Of a stretch of DNA of 64,000 nucleotides, positions 49,100-59,469 are shown piece by piece. The translations under genes were made by a program, and so were the position numbers. Under the pieces are notes generated by a model. That model saw only the letters and a program-made list of their open reading frames with translations. It ran no database searches and was not told the DNA's origin. The DNA is from Candidatus Latescibacterota bacterium (GTDB taxonomy: Bacteria; Latescibacterota; UBA2968): contig OZ242320.1 of assembly GCA_965208125.1 (NCBI GenBank), positions 3,616,001 through 3,680,000 on the forward strand, read 5' to 3'. Numbering within the stretch: position 1 is the first letter of the stretch; each line of letters starts with the position of its first letter.

Positions 49100-49156
49100 C
49101 CTTAGACTCCTTGAGTTTGTTGTCAATAAAGGCTTTACGCATTGCTTTCTTTGCGG

Positions 49157-49185
49157 AAGATAAAACACAAATTTCCGCTTGTCAA
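49157..49185 (-). promoter_or_regulatory. Sigma70-type promoter of lipoprotein gene
   Basis: TTGACA-17 bp-TATCTT on the minus strand. Confidence 0.6.
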
Positions 49186-49241
49186 CACCAATTTTGGGAT
49201 ATGGGAAATGGCGTTGAGCAGTTGGTGACGATGTATTTTAT

Positions 49242-50093
49242 TTATCGCCGTTCACTTTTTTTATAAAAAAGTTTGTTCAGTGGGCTTTTGGGGGCCGTAA
49301 GGTATTTGGCTTCGTCGGGCGTCAGGGCTTTGTCAAAGATGGCGATTTCGTCGATCTGTCCGGGGTATTTGTAATGATTAAATCGCATCACGAGGGTTTC
49401 TATATCCCAGGTCATATTCTGCTGAAGCGGACCTTTGCGTCCTGCTTCCACGCCATCTATATACAGTGCCCATTCTGCATCGGCTTTGCCGCTGTTAAAG
49501 TTGGACCATGTAATCGCGACGTGGTGCCAGTCATTTGCACGCCAATTGACGGGAATAGAAATCACGTATTTATCGACCTCGCTATCGCCAATTTCCTGTT
49601 TTTTATCGGGATAACATCCAAACCGAAGCGTGCCATCGGCTTTTTTGAAATCGACGAATACAACTGCGTCATCCCACGGATATTTTTCACCATCTTTTTT
49701 TCCTACATGAAAAGGTTCTGGATAATTGTCTTCAAAGCTGGCGATGTCGGTTTGGAGCCAGAATGCAATGCTGCCAGACCACGCGCTGTTTGCACTGTAG
49801 GCGAGGTTGTTTTTACCGCTGTAATTGAGCGCGCCTGCATTTGGGTTAAAAGCCAAATACCCGTCGGGATTGCCACCCTGCTTAATGTGGTTGGTATTGG
49901 CTGTGTCAAAGGTCGCCAACGGATCGCCGAGGCTATCGAGGGCATCCACGCCTTTTTCAAAGTTAGCAAAAAAAAGTATGTGTGCTCGCAGGCTCTCTTC
50001 AATGGCCTTTTCGGGACCACCACAAGCTGTTGTGATTACCAGAAATACGAGGGTTAGAGTGCCGCGAGATATATGGGGAAGATGGAACGACAT
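49242..50093 (-). CDS. LamG/concanavalin-like jelly-roll lipoprotein
   Basis: Lipobox TTAC, WHHVAITW, LYIDG, GQIDEIAIFDKALT. Confidence 0.85.
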   Translation of the reverse strand: MSFHLPHISRGTLTLVFLVITTACGGPEKAIEESLRAHILFFANFEKGVDALDSLGDPLATFDTANTNHIKQGGNPDGYLAFNPNAGALNYSGKNNLAYSANSAWSGSIAFWLQTDIASFEDNYPEPFHVGKKDGEKYPWDDAVVFVDFKKADGTLRFGCYPDKKQEIGDSEVDKYVISIPVNWRANDWHHVAITWSNFNSGKADAEWALYIDGVEAGRKGPLQQNMTWDIETLVMRFNHYKYPGQIDEIAIFDKALTPDEAKYLTAPKSPLNKLFYKKSERR

Positions 50094-50147
50094 GTGTAAG
50101 GTCTCCTAAAAAAAAATTGGCGCGTTGTTAAGTTGAGTGTACAAGTT

Positions 50148-50278
50148 GATATACTTCCAAAATGCGGGTATGTCAATACTAAAATCACGAGATTACTAAA
50201 GATAGCTTAAGTAATCGAAAAACTAACTGTGTGCGTCTCGGAAATTGTCTTGACATCTCAAAAGTTATTTGTTAGCAT
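50148..50278. promoter_or_regulatory. Divergent sigma70-type promoters
   Basis: Minus strand: TTGACA(50176-50171)-17-TATATC. Plus strand: TTGACA(50250-50255)-17-TAGCAT. Confidence 0.6.
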
Positions 50279-50327
50279 AAAAATTCAATTTTTTAAAATG
50301 TTCAGCATTTTAACAGGAGCCTCCTCG

Positions 50328-53300
50328 ATGCGTAAAATCGGCACAGGTATTCTCTGGGTCATCACGATTTTGATGTTGTCTTCGGTGACCATTTTTAATC
50401 CGGGACAGGTGACGGATTTTTTTGTCACGCTTTTTAATATTAAACCGAGTATTCCCGAACTCAAACCCATTGAAATTTCAGAACGCGATCGAGAAATTCG
50501 ATCCATTGCAGCGTCCATTACACAAGAAGATGTGCATCAAATCATTGCCGACCTGTCGGGGATGGGGTCTCGGGTGCCTGGCTATGCGGGGCACAGGCAG
50601 GCTTTTGAATATGTCAAACAGCATTTTGAGCAATTTGGTCTTGAAGATATCGTGGTCGAAGAGCACACGGTAACGGTTCCTATCGACAAAGGTGCTTCAC
50701 TCACTTTGACGGATACCGGTGAAGAAATTGCGATCTACGGTTTTTGGCCCAACCATGTACAAACGCCCTCTGTGCCCAGCGCTGGAATTTCGGGGGCACT
50801 TATTTATGGGGGCCAGGGGTCATTTTCAGAACTGAATGGCAAAAAGGTCGAAGGCAGCATTGTCCTGATGGACTTCGATTGTGGCCAGGGCTATTTAAGC
50901 CCGCGTATGCTGGGGGCGCAGGCCATTTTATTTTACGACAATGGGCGGGTTACACAGGGGCAAGCTATGGATAAGTTTTTGCCCGTGCCCGTTGATGTGC
51001 CCCGGTTCTGGGTCAAAAAAGACGATGCTGTGCGTTTGCTCGAACTGGCCCAAATGCAATCTCCCGAAGTGCGTTTAACATCAAAGATGGATTGGGAAGA
51101 GGTGCCGACCTGGAATATTTTTGCAACTCTTCCAGGATCCGAAGACTATATCACGGAGCGCGAAGAGCGCAAGTGGAAAGATCAGCAGATTGTGTTGAGT
51201 GCTTTTTACGATGCCATTTCCGTGGTACCCGCTCTTGCGCCGGGTGCTGAAAATGCGTCGGGGATGGCTGCGCTTTTACACACTGCCCGCGTGTTGAAAC
51301 AGAATCCGCCCAAATATTCGGTAACCTTTTTGGCAACGGGTTCTCATTTTCAAGGTCTGGCTGGCATCAATGATTTTGTGTATCGCCACTCGCGCGAAAG
51401 CGATCATTTCCGCGATAAGATTCCCGATAGTGTGTCGGTTGCTGGTGCTTATCTCGATGGCGAACTTATTCCGCGCGACAGCGAAGATTTTGAAGAACTC
51501 ATTCCCAATAGCTATAAAATCGATTTCCGGTTATTTATCGGGTTGGACCTGTCGAGTGAATCCGATCAGTTGGCGAGCTTTTCGCACGGCACTTTTAACA
51601 ACCCAAATTGGCAGACAGACAATTATTTGAATAATCTGCTGGCGCCTTATGCGGATAAATTCGATAAATATATGGCCAAAGTTTTTCCGGACGAAGACGT
51701 GCGCCATGTCGATGCGATTGCACCGCCAAAACGCACCTGGAAGAATTTTATGCCCATTCGCCTGGGATTTGATAGCGAGGCCGTTACTTTTGTTGGGAAA
51801 GAAGGCATTACACTGGCAACGCCATCAACCGTGAGGCGGTTTGTCGATACGCCTATTGATCGCGTTGAACACGTCAATATGGACAATTTGACGCGCCAGA
51901 TCCAAACGGCGATCGCTGCCATGATGAAAGCGGGCGAAGATCCCGAGTTTTTCCGGGTGTCCAAGCTCAAACTGCAAGATCGGGGACACAGTTTGAGAGG
52001 GCAGGTATTGTGGTTTGATCGCAATGTCGATTTCGCGTTGCCCCGCGTGCCTGTCCCAGGGGGGGTTGCGACGTATCGACAGCCAGGCAATGTTCATAGC
52101 TGTGCGGGGGTGCGTACGCTGATTATTGACAAGACGACAGAAGGTCCCATTTACGATATCGATAAATTGGCAGACAATCAGACAGAAGATGCAGATCTAA
52201 AATTGTTTGGCGACAAAGAGAAGGTAAAGGAAACTGGATGGTTTTCCTTTGATATTATGCGAAATCGGTTTACCAATCGCATTTTGGCTTATGATATTGA
52301 TGAAGAGGGGACAATTACGTCGGCACCCGACATGGGGACTGAGGGCGACAAAAAATTCCCACTGACGCAGCGATATGGCTGGTGGGAAAATGAAATGCTG
52401 ACAGTTCTGTTTAAGAGCCGCTCCATCAGCGTTTTTGAAATTATCGACTCGAGCTATTTGTCCGCGCTCGATTTTATGACGGTGCTCAACGACAACGATA
52501 CGCAGCCCATAGAATTTGGCTATACGTATTTGCCGGGACAAAGCACCAAAGAGGGCGACGTGACGCGCGCTGCCGTGACGTTTGCGCGTGTGGATGAATA
52601 CACGGGAGAAGCCGAGCGGTTGAAAGTTTTGATGAGTACGGGCTTGTTTGGTGTTAAGTATTTGCTGATCAATGCGCCCCAGAAGTTTTTGGACAATCCC
52701 GTTGATAAAAGCGAGGTAAATCCCGAGCTTCTGGAAGAGGCGCGAGGTGAGGGGTATGAACCAGGTGTCATTTTCAGACCTTCGTATCAGGCCGCTAAGG
52801 ATATGTGGGTAATTGACGATGTGCGGATGAAACAGTTGGCGCAATTTGGTATTGAAAACAATCGGCTCACCCTGTTGCACAACAGCGCGCGTGAGGCATT
52901 GATCGAAGCGCGTCAGCACCTTGAAAATTTGGATTATGAAGGGTTTATGAACGCATCCCGACGGGCCTGGGGGCTGGAGGCGCGGGGGTATCCCGAAGTG
53001 ATGGCGACGGCCAATGATACTGTGCGGGGTATTATTTTTTATTTTATTTTGTTGTTGCCGTTTTCATTTTTCTGTGAGCGGTTGTTGATCGGCGCGTCGA
53101 GTATTACCGCGCGATTGAGTTGGTTTGCCGCATTTTTTGTATTTTTCTTTATCGTTTTGCGCTTTGTCCATCCGGCTTTTCAGTTGAGCAATTCCCCCTA
53201 TATTATTTTTCTCGCATTTGTGATTATGGCACTCGGCGGCGTGGCGATGGTTATTGTGGTGTCTAAATTTGGCGATGAAGTACGCAAGATGAAGCAGGCG

Positions 53301-55181
53301 TCTGCCGGGACTTATGAAGCCGATGTCGGGCGCATTAGCGCGACGTCGGCTGCGGTTGTGCTGGGCATTTCAAATCTGCGAAAGCGCCCCATGCGCACGG
53401 GGTTGACGGCCATTACGCTAACTTTATTGACTTTTACGACATTGTCTTTTACCTCGGTGCAGACTTCGTTGAAATTTTACAAATTGCCCCGGGATAACGA
53501 GCCGTCATATCAGGGAGCACTCGTGCGCGATCGATCCTGGCGCGGGATGCAAGAATCCGTGCTCAATTATCTCAATAGTGCTTTTGAAGGCCGCGCCGAT
53601 ATTGTGCCGCGATCGTGGTATTTGTCACAGGTGCGTGGTGAGCGCGCTTATGTGAATTTTTCTCGCGTGACAGAGGCCACAGCCGATATGGGACCCAAGG
53701 AGATTTACGTCGATTTCGATGTGGGCATTACCACGGGGAAAGACAGTTTTGTCAATGCGCTGTTGGGGCTTACGCCAGACGAACCCAAAATTACCGGGGT
53801 TGATCGCTATTTGATGAGTGGGCGATGGTTTGAACCCGGAGAAGAGTTCGTTTGCCTGTTGCCAAATGATCTGGCCGAGCTCGTCGGTATTTTCCCCGAA
53901 GACGCCGGTACAGCCAAAATTGAAATGCAGGGACAGGTTTTTACGGTGATTGGCATTCTGGATTCTGAAATGTTTAATAAGTTCAAAGATCTGGATGATG
54001 AAAAACTGACGCCTGTTGATACGGTTAAAGAAAAAGACGATTTGGCAGATGCACAGGATCAGGATCCGAGGGTTGTCGCGGCTGCGCCGATTGAGACCTT
54101 TACCCATTTGGAATCGACCAATGTGCTTGTCGTGCCCTATGAGTATATTCGGGATATCGGGGGCGTGTTGGCCTCAGTGGCGATTGCGAATTTCAAGGAT
54201 GAGAGCGGACAGCCTAAGTTGAATTTTGTCCCCGACATTGAAGAGTTTATGGCGCGCGTGTCTTTAACGATGTTTGTGGGCAAGGATGATGGTGTAACCG
54301 TCTATAGTTCGATTGGTTCGACATCGCTTTCTGGATTGGGCAATTTGTTTATTCCTATCTTGATTGCGGCGCTTATTGTGCTCAATACTATGATGGGTGC
54401 TGTGTATGAGCGTTTCCGGGAGATCAGTATTTATTCTTCGGTGGGATTGGCCCCCAATCATATTGCCGCACTTTTCCTCGCGGAGGCCGGCGTATTTGCC
54501 ACACTCGGTGCGGTTATGGGATATTTAATTGGACAGGTTCTGGTGCTCATACTTTACAATGAGGGATTGTTGGGAGGCCTGGAATTGAATTATTCGTCGT
54601 TATCTGCAATTTCCGCCACGTTGATTGTGATGGCAACGGTATTTCTCTCCGCGCTTTATCCAGCCAAAAAAGCCGCTGATATGGCCGTGCCCGATGTGAC
54701 CCGCAAATGGGAATTTCCCGATCCAGATGGCGATCGGTGGATATTTGATTTTCCCTTTACAGTAGGCGGTGCTGAGGTATTGGGTATGTACTCTTATTTG
54801 ACCCGGGTTTTTGAATCTTATGGTGAGGGATCGGTAGGTGATTTTGTTGCAGATCATGTGAAATTCTGGTCTGAGGATCACGAGGGAGAACCGCAATACA
54901 ATATTGACCTGACGGCATGGTTGGCACCTTATGATCTGGGAATTAGCCAGGAAGTGCAGTTAAAAGCTATTCCAACGGGTGAGCACAATATTTATAAAAT
55001 TGAAGTGGTGATCAATCGCTTGAGCGGCGATGTGGCGTCCTGGAAACGGATCAATCGCGGATTTTTGAATGTGTTGAGAAAGCGATTCCTGGTCTGGCGC
55101 ACAATTCCGGGCGACATGAAGTTCAATTATGCAGAAGACGGACGCCGGATTTTGGCTGGCGAAGTCGCGGCAATAGCATAA
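50328..55181 (+). CDS. Giant membrane protein: M28-peptidase-like/PA ectodomain fused to FtsX/MacB-like permease
   Basis: GSRVPGYAG, PA-like segment, PGAENASG; later SNLRKRPMRT and GAVYERFREISIYSSVGLAP. AGGAG before ATG 50328. Confidence 0.8.
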   Translation: MRKIGTGILWVITILMLSSVTIFNPGQVTDFFVTLFNIKPSIPELKPIEISERDREIRSIAASITQEDVHQIIADLSGMGSRVPGYAGHRQAFEYVKQHFEQFGLEDIVVEEHTVTVPIDKGASLTLTDTGEEIAIYGFWPNHVQTPSVPSAGISGALIYGGQGSFSELNGKKVEGSIVLMDFDCGQGYLSPRMLGAQAILFYDNGRVTQGQAMDKFLPVPVDVPRFWVKKDDAVRLLELAQMQSPEVRLTSKMDWEEVPTWNIFATLPGSEDYITEREERKWKDQQIVLSAFYDAISVVPALAPGAENASGMAALLHTARVLKQNPPKYSVTFLATGSHFQGLAGINDFVYRHSRESDHFRDKIPDSVSVAGAYLDGELIPRDSEDFEELIPNSYKIDFRLFIGLDLSSESDQLASFSHGTFNNPNWQTDNYLNNLLAPYADKFDKYMAKVFPDEDVRHVDAIAPPKRTWKNFMPIRLGFDSEAVTFVGKEGITLATPSTVRRFVDTPIDRVEHVNMDNLTRQIQTAIAAMMKAGEDPEFFRVSKLKLQDRGHSLRGQVLWFDRNVDFALPRVPVPGGVATYRQPGNVHSCAGVRTLIIDKTTEGPIYDIDKLADNQTEDADLKLFGDKEKVKETGWFSFDIMRNRFTNRILAYDIDEEGTITSAPDMGTEGDKKFPLTQRYGWWENEMLTVLFKSRSISVFEIIDSSYLSALDFMTVLNDNDTQPIEFGYTYLPGQSTKEGDVTRAAVTFARVDEYTGEAERLKVLMSTGLFGVKYLLINAPQKFLDNPVDKSEVNPELLEEARGEGYEPGVIFRPSYQAAKDMWVIDDVRMKQLAQFGIENNRLTLLHNSAREALIEARQHLENLDYEGFMNASRRAWGLEARGYPEVMATANDTVRGIIFYFILLLPFSFFCERLLIGASSITARLSWFAAFFVFFFIVLRFVHPAFQLSNSPYIIFLAFVIMALGGVAMVIVVSKFGDEVRKMKQASAGTYEADVGRISATSAAVVLGISNLRKRPMRTGLTAITLTLLTFTTLSFTSVQTSLKFYKLPRDNEPSYQGALVRDRSWRGMQESVLNYLNSAFEGRADIVPRSWYLSQVRGERAYVNFSRVTEATADMGPKEIYVDFDVGITTGKDSFVNALLGLTPDEPKITGVDRYLMSGRWFEPGEEFVCLLPNDLAELVGIFPEDAGTAKIEMQGQVFTVIGILDSEMFNKFKDLDDEKLTPVDTVKEKDDLADAQDQDPRVVAAAPIETFTHLESTNVLVVPYEYIRDIGGVLASVAIANFKDESGQPKLNFVPDIEEFMARVSLTMFVGKDDGVTVYSSIGSTSLSGLGNLFIPILIAALIVLNTMMGAVYERFREISIYSSVGLAPNHIAALFLAEAGVFATLGAVMGYLIGQVLVLILYNEGLLGGLELNYSSLSAISATLIVMATVFLSALYPAKKAADMAVPDVTRKWEFPDPDGDRWIFDFPFTVGGAEVLGMYSYLTRVFESYGEGSVGDFVADHVKFWSEDHEGEPQYNIDLTAWLAPYDLGISQEVQLKAIPTGEHNIYKIEVVINRLSGDVASWKRINRGFLNVLRKRFLVWRTIPGDMKFNYAEDGRRILAGEVAAIA

Positions 55182-55218
55182 CGCGCAGATTTTGTGAATT
55201 TCCTTCTGGGAGGCAATT

Positions 55219-57273
55219 TTGGCAACCGACGAACCAAGAGAGACAGAAGAAACAAAAGAGGATCTGACAGAATACGAACAGATTATGCCAGAGGACGCGC
55301 CCTTTGAAGATGGCTTTGGCTGGAAGACGATATGGGCGACGGCGTTCGTTGGGATTGTTATGTTGCCAGGGGCGATTTATTTGGGCCTGGTGACCGGGCA
55401 GAGCATGGCTGGCGCGTCTGAGTGGGTGACGATTATTCTCTTTTTAGAGATTGCCAAGCGCTCTTTTGTTCGGCTCAAGACACAGGAAATTTTAATCATC
55501 TATTGGGTCGCCGCTGGGCTGCTGGGTATTGGGGTAAAACTCGGTTCTGGCGCGCACCTTTACGGTGGACCTTTTGGAGGGTTGATCTGGGATCAGTATT
55601 TGATTCAGTCACCCGCAGCAAAAGGTCTGGATAGTTATATCCCAAATTGGGTGACGCCACCTTTGGATTCGCCGGTTTATGCCGAGCGCACGTTTGTGCA
55701 TCCCGACTGGATTTTGCCGGTTTTGATTCTGTTTCTGGTCATGATTATCAATCAGGCTGCGCGGCTGTCCTTTGGGTATGTGATGTTTCGCATTACCAGC
55801 GATATCGAGCAATTGCCCTTTCCCCTCGAGCCAGTTCAAGCACGCGGTGTCACTGCACTGGCTGAAACATCGGCCAAAGCCGAGGGTTGGCGATGGCGCG
55901 TGTTCAGCACGGGAACGTGTATTGGTCTGGTGTGGGGATTGCTCTATGTGGTTGTGCCCACGTTGTCGGGCATTTTTCTGACGGAGACCGTTCAGGTTTT
56001 ACCCATTCCATTTATTGATTTTACCGCCGAAGTAAAAACCATATTGCCCGCTGCCGTGTTTGGCATAGGAACGGATTTGGGGCATTTATTGTATGGTTTT
56101 GTCCTGCCGTTTTACGTGGTGGTGGGGTCGTTTATCGGTGCTGTGCTCGCCAATCTGGTAATTAATCCAGCCCTTTATCACTATGAAATTTTGACCCGAT
56201 GGGCACCGGGTATGACGGCGATTCCCGCGAGTATTTCCAATCGTTTCGATTTCTGGCTGAGCTTTGGAATCGGTACTTCAATCGTGATTGCGCTCACCGG
56301 TTTTTATATGATAGGCAAAACCTTGCTGGAACAGCGCAAGCTGAAACAGGAGACAGGACATCATTCGATAAACATTAGTATGGAGGATTTGCCCGAAGGC
56401 CGGGGTGATATGCCGATGAAGTGGCCTCTCGTGTTGTGGGTCATGGCTTCTTTTGCCGCCATTGGACTATGCCAATGGCTCGTGCCGGAATTTCACTGGG
56501 GATGGCTGGTTTTCTTCGCGTTTATTTATACGCCTGTTTCGTCTTATATCGGTGCCCGAATGATTGGTCTTACGGGCAGTCCTTATGGGGCGAGTATTCC
56601 CTATATTCGAGAAGCAGCTATTTTGTTGTCGGGATATAAGGGGGTGGCGGTGTGGTTTGCCCCCATTCCATTGCACGACCACGGGCTGGCCGTGCGGCAG
56701 TTTAAGCAACTGGAATTGACCAAAACAAAGATCGGCAGTTATCTCAAAATGGTCGTGGTTACGATGTTTGTGATTTTCATTTGCAGCTTTATGTTCTATG
56801 AGTTTATCTGGCGGTTGGGACCCATTCCATCTTCTACATATCCTTATGTCCAGCTATTTTGGCCCTATGAAGCCACAATGCAAACCGTATGGCTTAAATC
56901 GACTTTGCCGCCTGGAGAAGTACAGGGTGCTGTAGGTATGGATCTCTTAAGAGAAATTATCATCCCCAAATACATTCTCACAGGGTTGGTTTCTGGTGGA
57001 CTTCTCTATCTGGTACTGGTCGCAGCCAAGGTCCCCGTTCTGGCGTTTTTTGGTTTTGTGAATGGCCTGGCGCAATGGCCGCATTTTGTCATTTTGAATT
57101 TTGCCGGGGCCATGCTGGGGCGATATCATTTTCAAAAGCGGTTTGGCGAGTCCAAATGGAAGGCTTACGCTCCTATTTTAGTAGCGGGTTATTCCTGCGG
57201 CATGGGGCTTATTGGCATGACTTCAATTGCCGTGGCATTGATATCCAAAGCCGTGTCTCAGGTGGTTTTCTAA
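55219..57273 (+). CDS. OPT-like multi-pass 'peptide transporter' membrane protein
   Basis: About 15 hydrophobic helices; DIEQLPFP, PIPSSTYPY. Co-oriented with the FtsX giant. Confidence 0.7.
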   Translation: MATDEPRETEETKEDLTEYEQIMPEDAPFEDGFGWKTIWATAFVGIVMLPGAIYLGLVTGQSMAGASEWVTIILFLEIAKRSFVRLKTQEILIIYWVAAGLLGIGVKLGSGAHLYGGPFGGLIWDQYLIQSPAAKGLDSYIPNWVTPPLDSPVYAERTFVHPDWILPVLILFLVMIINQAARLSFGYVMFRITSDIEQLPFPLEPVQARGVTALAETSAKAEGWRWRVFSTGTCIGLVWGLLYVVVPTLSGIFLTETVQVLPIPFIDFTAEVKTILPAAVFGIGTDLGHLLYGFVLPFYVVVGSFIGAVLANLVINPALYHYEILTRWAPGMTAIPASISNRFDFWLSFGIGTSIVIALTGFYMIGKTLLEQRKLKQETGHHSINISMEDLPEGRGDMPMKWPLVLWVMASFAAIGLCQWLVPEFHWGWLVFFAFIYTPVSSYIGARMIGLTGSPYGASIPYIREAAILLSGYKGVAVWFAPIPLHDHGLAVRQFKQLELTKTKIGSYLKMVVVTMFVIFICSFMFYEFIWRLGPIPSSTYPYVQLFWPYEATMQTVWLKSTLPPGEVQGAVGMDLLREIIIPKYILTGLVSGGLLYLVLVAAKVPVLAFFGFVNGLAQWPHFVILNFAGAMLGRYHFQKRFGESKWKAYAPILVAGYSCGMGLIGMTSIAVALISKAVSQVVF

Positions 57274-57381
57274 AATAAAATCATGGGTGGAACTTTTATC
57301 CGGGCATGTGTCGTCTAATTTGTTGCGATATATGCCTGGATTTTTATGGGTATTTTTACAACCTTTTTAAAGGAGCGGATT

Positions 57382-57879
57382 ATGCAGAGGTTTCGACTCT
57401 TCGGTTTTTTGGCAGTGGCAATGCTGATGGTTGCGTCCTGCGATGTGTGGGCACAGCCTCAAAGAGGCGGTCAAGGTCAGCGCGGACAAGGTCAACGCGG
57501 CGGCGTTCAGGTGCAGCGTTTTTTGCCGGTTGAACAGGCGCTAACTTATCTGGCATTTAACGAGAATGTGGCTTTGAGCGATGAGCAACTCGTCAAGGTG
57601 CGTGCGTCACTTAAAGGCGTTTATGCAAAACGTCAGGAGTTGCAAAGAAGCCTGCGTGGAAGTAACGACCAGCAGGCGGCGATGCAGAAAGTGCGCGCAC
57701 TGCGAATGGAAATGATGCAGGGCCTGACAGCAATTCTCAATGAGAATCAGACGAAGGTATTTCAAGAACAGATGCAGCGGATGGGTCAGCGCGGGCAACG
57801 CGGAGGGCAAGGTCAGCGCGGTCAGCGTGGAGGACAAGGTGGTCGTGGCGGTGGTGGCGGTGGCGGAGGTGGTGAATAG
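57382..57879 (+). CDS. Secreted helical protein with GQRG/RGG low-complexity tails (Spy/CpxP-like)
   Basis: Signal peptide, LSDEQ and LNENQ (LTxxQ-like) motifs, GQRG repeats at both ends. Confidence 0.7.
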   Translation: MQRFRLFGFLAVAMLMVASCDVWAQPQRGGQGQRGQGQRGGVQVQRFLPVEQALTYLAFNENVALSDEQLVKVRASLKGVYAKRQELQRSLRGSNDQQAAMQKVRALRMEMMQGLTAILNENQTKVFQEQMQRMGQRGQRGGQGQRGQRGGQGGRGGGGGGGGGE

Positions 57880-57918
57880 AGCAGATGTTTCGCTATCTGT
57901 TTAGCGTTGAAGATATTA

Positions 57919-57957
57919 AAACGCGGGTTTCTTCAAAGAAGCCCGCGTTTGTTTTTT
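57919..57957 (+). terminator. Rho-independent terminator
   Basis: aaacgcgggtttct / agaagcccgcgttt followed by a T tail. Confidence 0.85.
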
Positions 57958-58020
57958 GGGCACGCTTGTTTATTGTAAAAAAATGGGTTACATTATCTCA
58001 CATTGCAAGGGGAGGGTTCT

Positions 58021-59376
58021 GTGATACCTGAGTCTTTCAAACATCTCAAGCGGCCTTTTTCATTTGCGGTTGTGAGTGATACGCATTTTGTGACGCGAGA
58101 TTTTATTGGGCAGGCATTTGACGCGACAAGACCGCTCAGCACTGAGGGGTATGTGGAAAATGTGACCTATTCGCTCGCGCCAATGATGGATGCTCTGCGC
58201 CATCTCAAACCGGATTTTATAGTTTTGACCGGCGATGTGGCCGAACCCCCGCTGGATCCAGAACGCCACCGCGAGAATCTTAAGGCAGCACTGGATTTTT
58301 TTGCCACATGCGATATTCCTCTGATCGTCGCTCGTGGGAATCACGATGGCACTTCGGCTTTTGATGAGGTTGTGGGACCGCGTATTGCACAGTTTTTAGG
58401 TGAGACGCGCAAAGCGCATTATTTTTCGTTTGAGGTGGATGGTTGCCAGTTTATTGTTCTGGATACACCGTTTTGGAATACTGAGCAATGTCAGTGGTTG
58501 GATGCCGTGTTGAAAGAAAATGCTTATGCACCATCGTTATTACTGGGACATCATCCTATATGGCCGGTAGCACGCGCTTTTTTTTATAACCGCGATTTTC
58601 AGAAGGATATGGTCAATCTTCTGTCTCGGCACGCGATTGATGCCTATTTTTGCGGGCATTCACACAATCAAAGTATTGTGTTGCACCGCACGCCCCATTT
58701 GCCGGTGCTGCAGTGTATGGGTGCTCTGGTTGGATTGTCTGATGCGCCGCCGCTTCCGCTCAACCACGTTCAAGCCCTGTTGCCTACACCCGATGATCTC
58801 ATGGCTGTTTGGCCTGGATATATTGAAAATACGGCTCCAGGATGGTTTATGGGATATGTTGCACAGGGCCTGGCGCGTGTGGAATGGCATCATATTAACC
58901 GCGGGGCTGAAGCTATGGTGCGTTGGTTTCGGCCTGGTGACATTCAGACTTTTTGGGCAATGGATCCCGCGCCTCCTGCCCAACTCATTGAAGCAAATTT
59001 GCGGCGTATTCGCCAGGGAATGCTCCGCTTTTGCGCCTGGGATAGTATGGGAGATGCGCGCGTATTTCTCAATGGGAATGAGATTGGCCTTTTGCCGCGT
59101 GCAGATAATTTTACGCCCAGTCGCCTGTTTTTACCTCCCAACGCGCTTGCTTGTTTGCAAATGGAAAATAAGGTGCGTATTGAACCAACTGCGGGAAGTG
59201 AGATGACGCTTGGCAATCTGGTTCTCGAAGTGGTATTGCCCGGTGGTCGTTATGTGCGGTCGCAGGTTTTTGATGATATTTATACGTGGTCTAACCGGTG
59301 GGAGGGGTATGAATATGAGACGTTGCAAAAGATGAAACCGGGACGGTCGTTGAGGACGGTGTTGGCTTTCAGATGA
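58021..59376 (+). CDS. Calcineurin-like metallophosphoesterase with C-terminal beta domain
   Basis: SDTH, TGD, GNHD, GHHP, GHSH. Confidence 0.88.
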   Translation: MIPESFKHLKRPFSFAVVSDTHFVTRDFIGQAFDATRPLSTEGYVENVTYSLAPMMDALRHLKPDFIVLTGDVAEPPLDPERHRENLKAALDFFATCDIPLIVARGNHDGTSAFDEVVGPRIAQFLGETRKAHYFSFEVDGCQFIVLDTPFWNTEQCQWLDAVLKENAYAPSLLLGHHPIWPVARAFFYNRDFQKDMVNLLSRHAIDAYFCGHSHNQSIVLHRTPHLPVLQCMGALVGLSDAPPLPLNHVQALLPTPDDLMAVWPGYIENTAPGWFMGYVAQGLARVEWHHINRGAEAMVRWFRPGDIQTFWAMDPAPPAQLIEANLRRIRQGMLRFCAWDSMGDARVFLNGNEIGLLPRADNFTPSRLFLPPNALACLQMENKVRIEPTAGSEMTLGNLVLEVVLPGGRYVRSQVFDDIYTWSNRWEGYEYETLQKMKPGRSLRTVLAFR

Positions 59377-59379
59377 TGG

Positions 59380-59451
59380 TAGTTGTCAGTTGTCAGTGCC
59401 ACCACCCAACCCCGGTGTGGCGGTGCGGGGTAACTGGCTACTGACTACTGA
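59380..59451. repeat. Inverted heptamer-repeat element
   Basis: tagttgtcagttgtcagt ... aactggctactgactactga flank a GC-rich core. Confidence 0.55.
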
Positions 59452-59469
59452 TTTTCAAGTGAGGATGTG

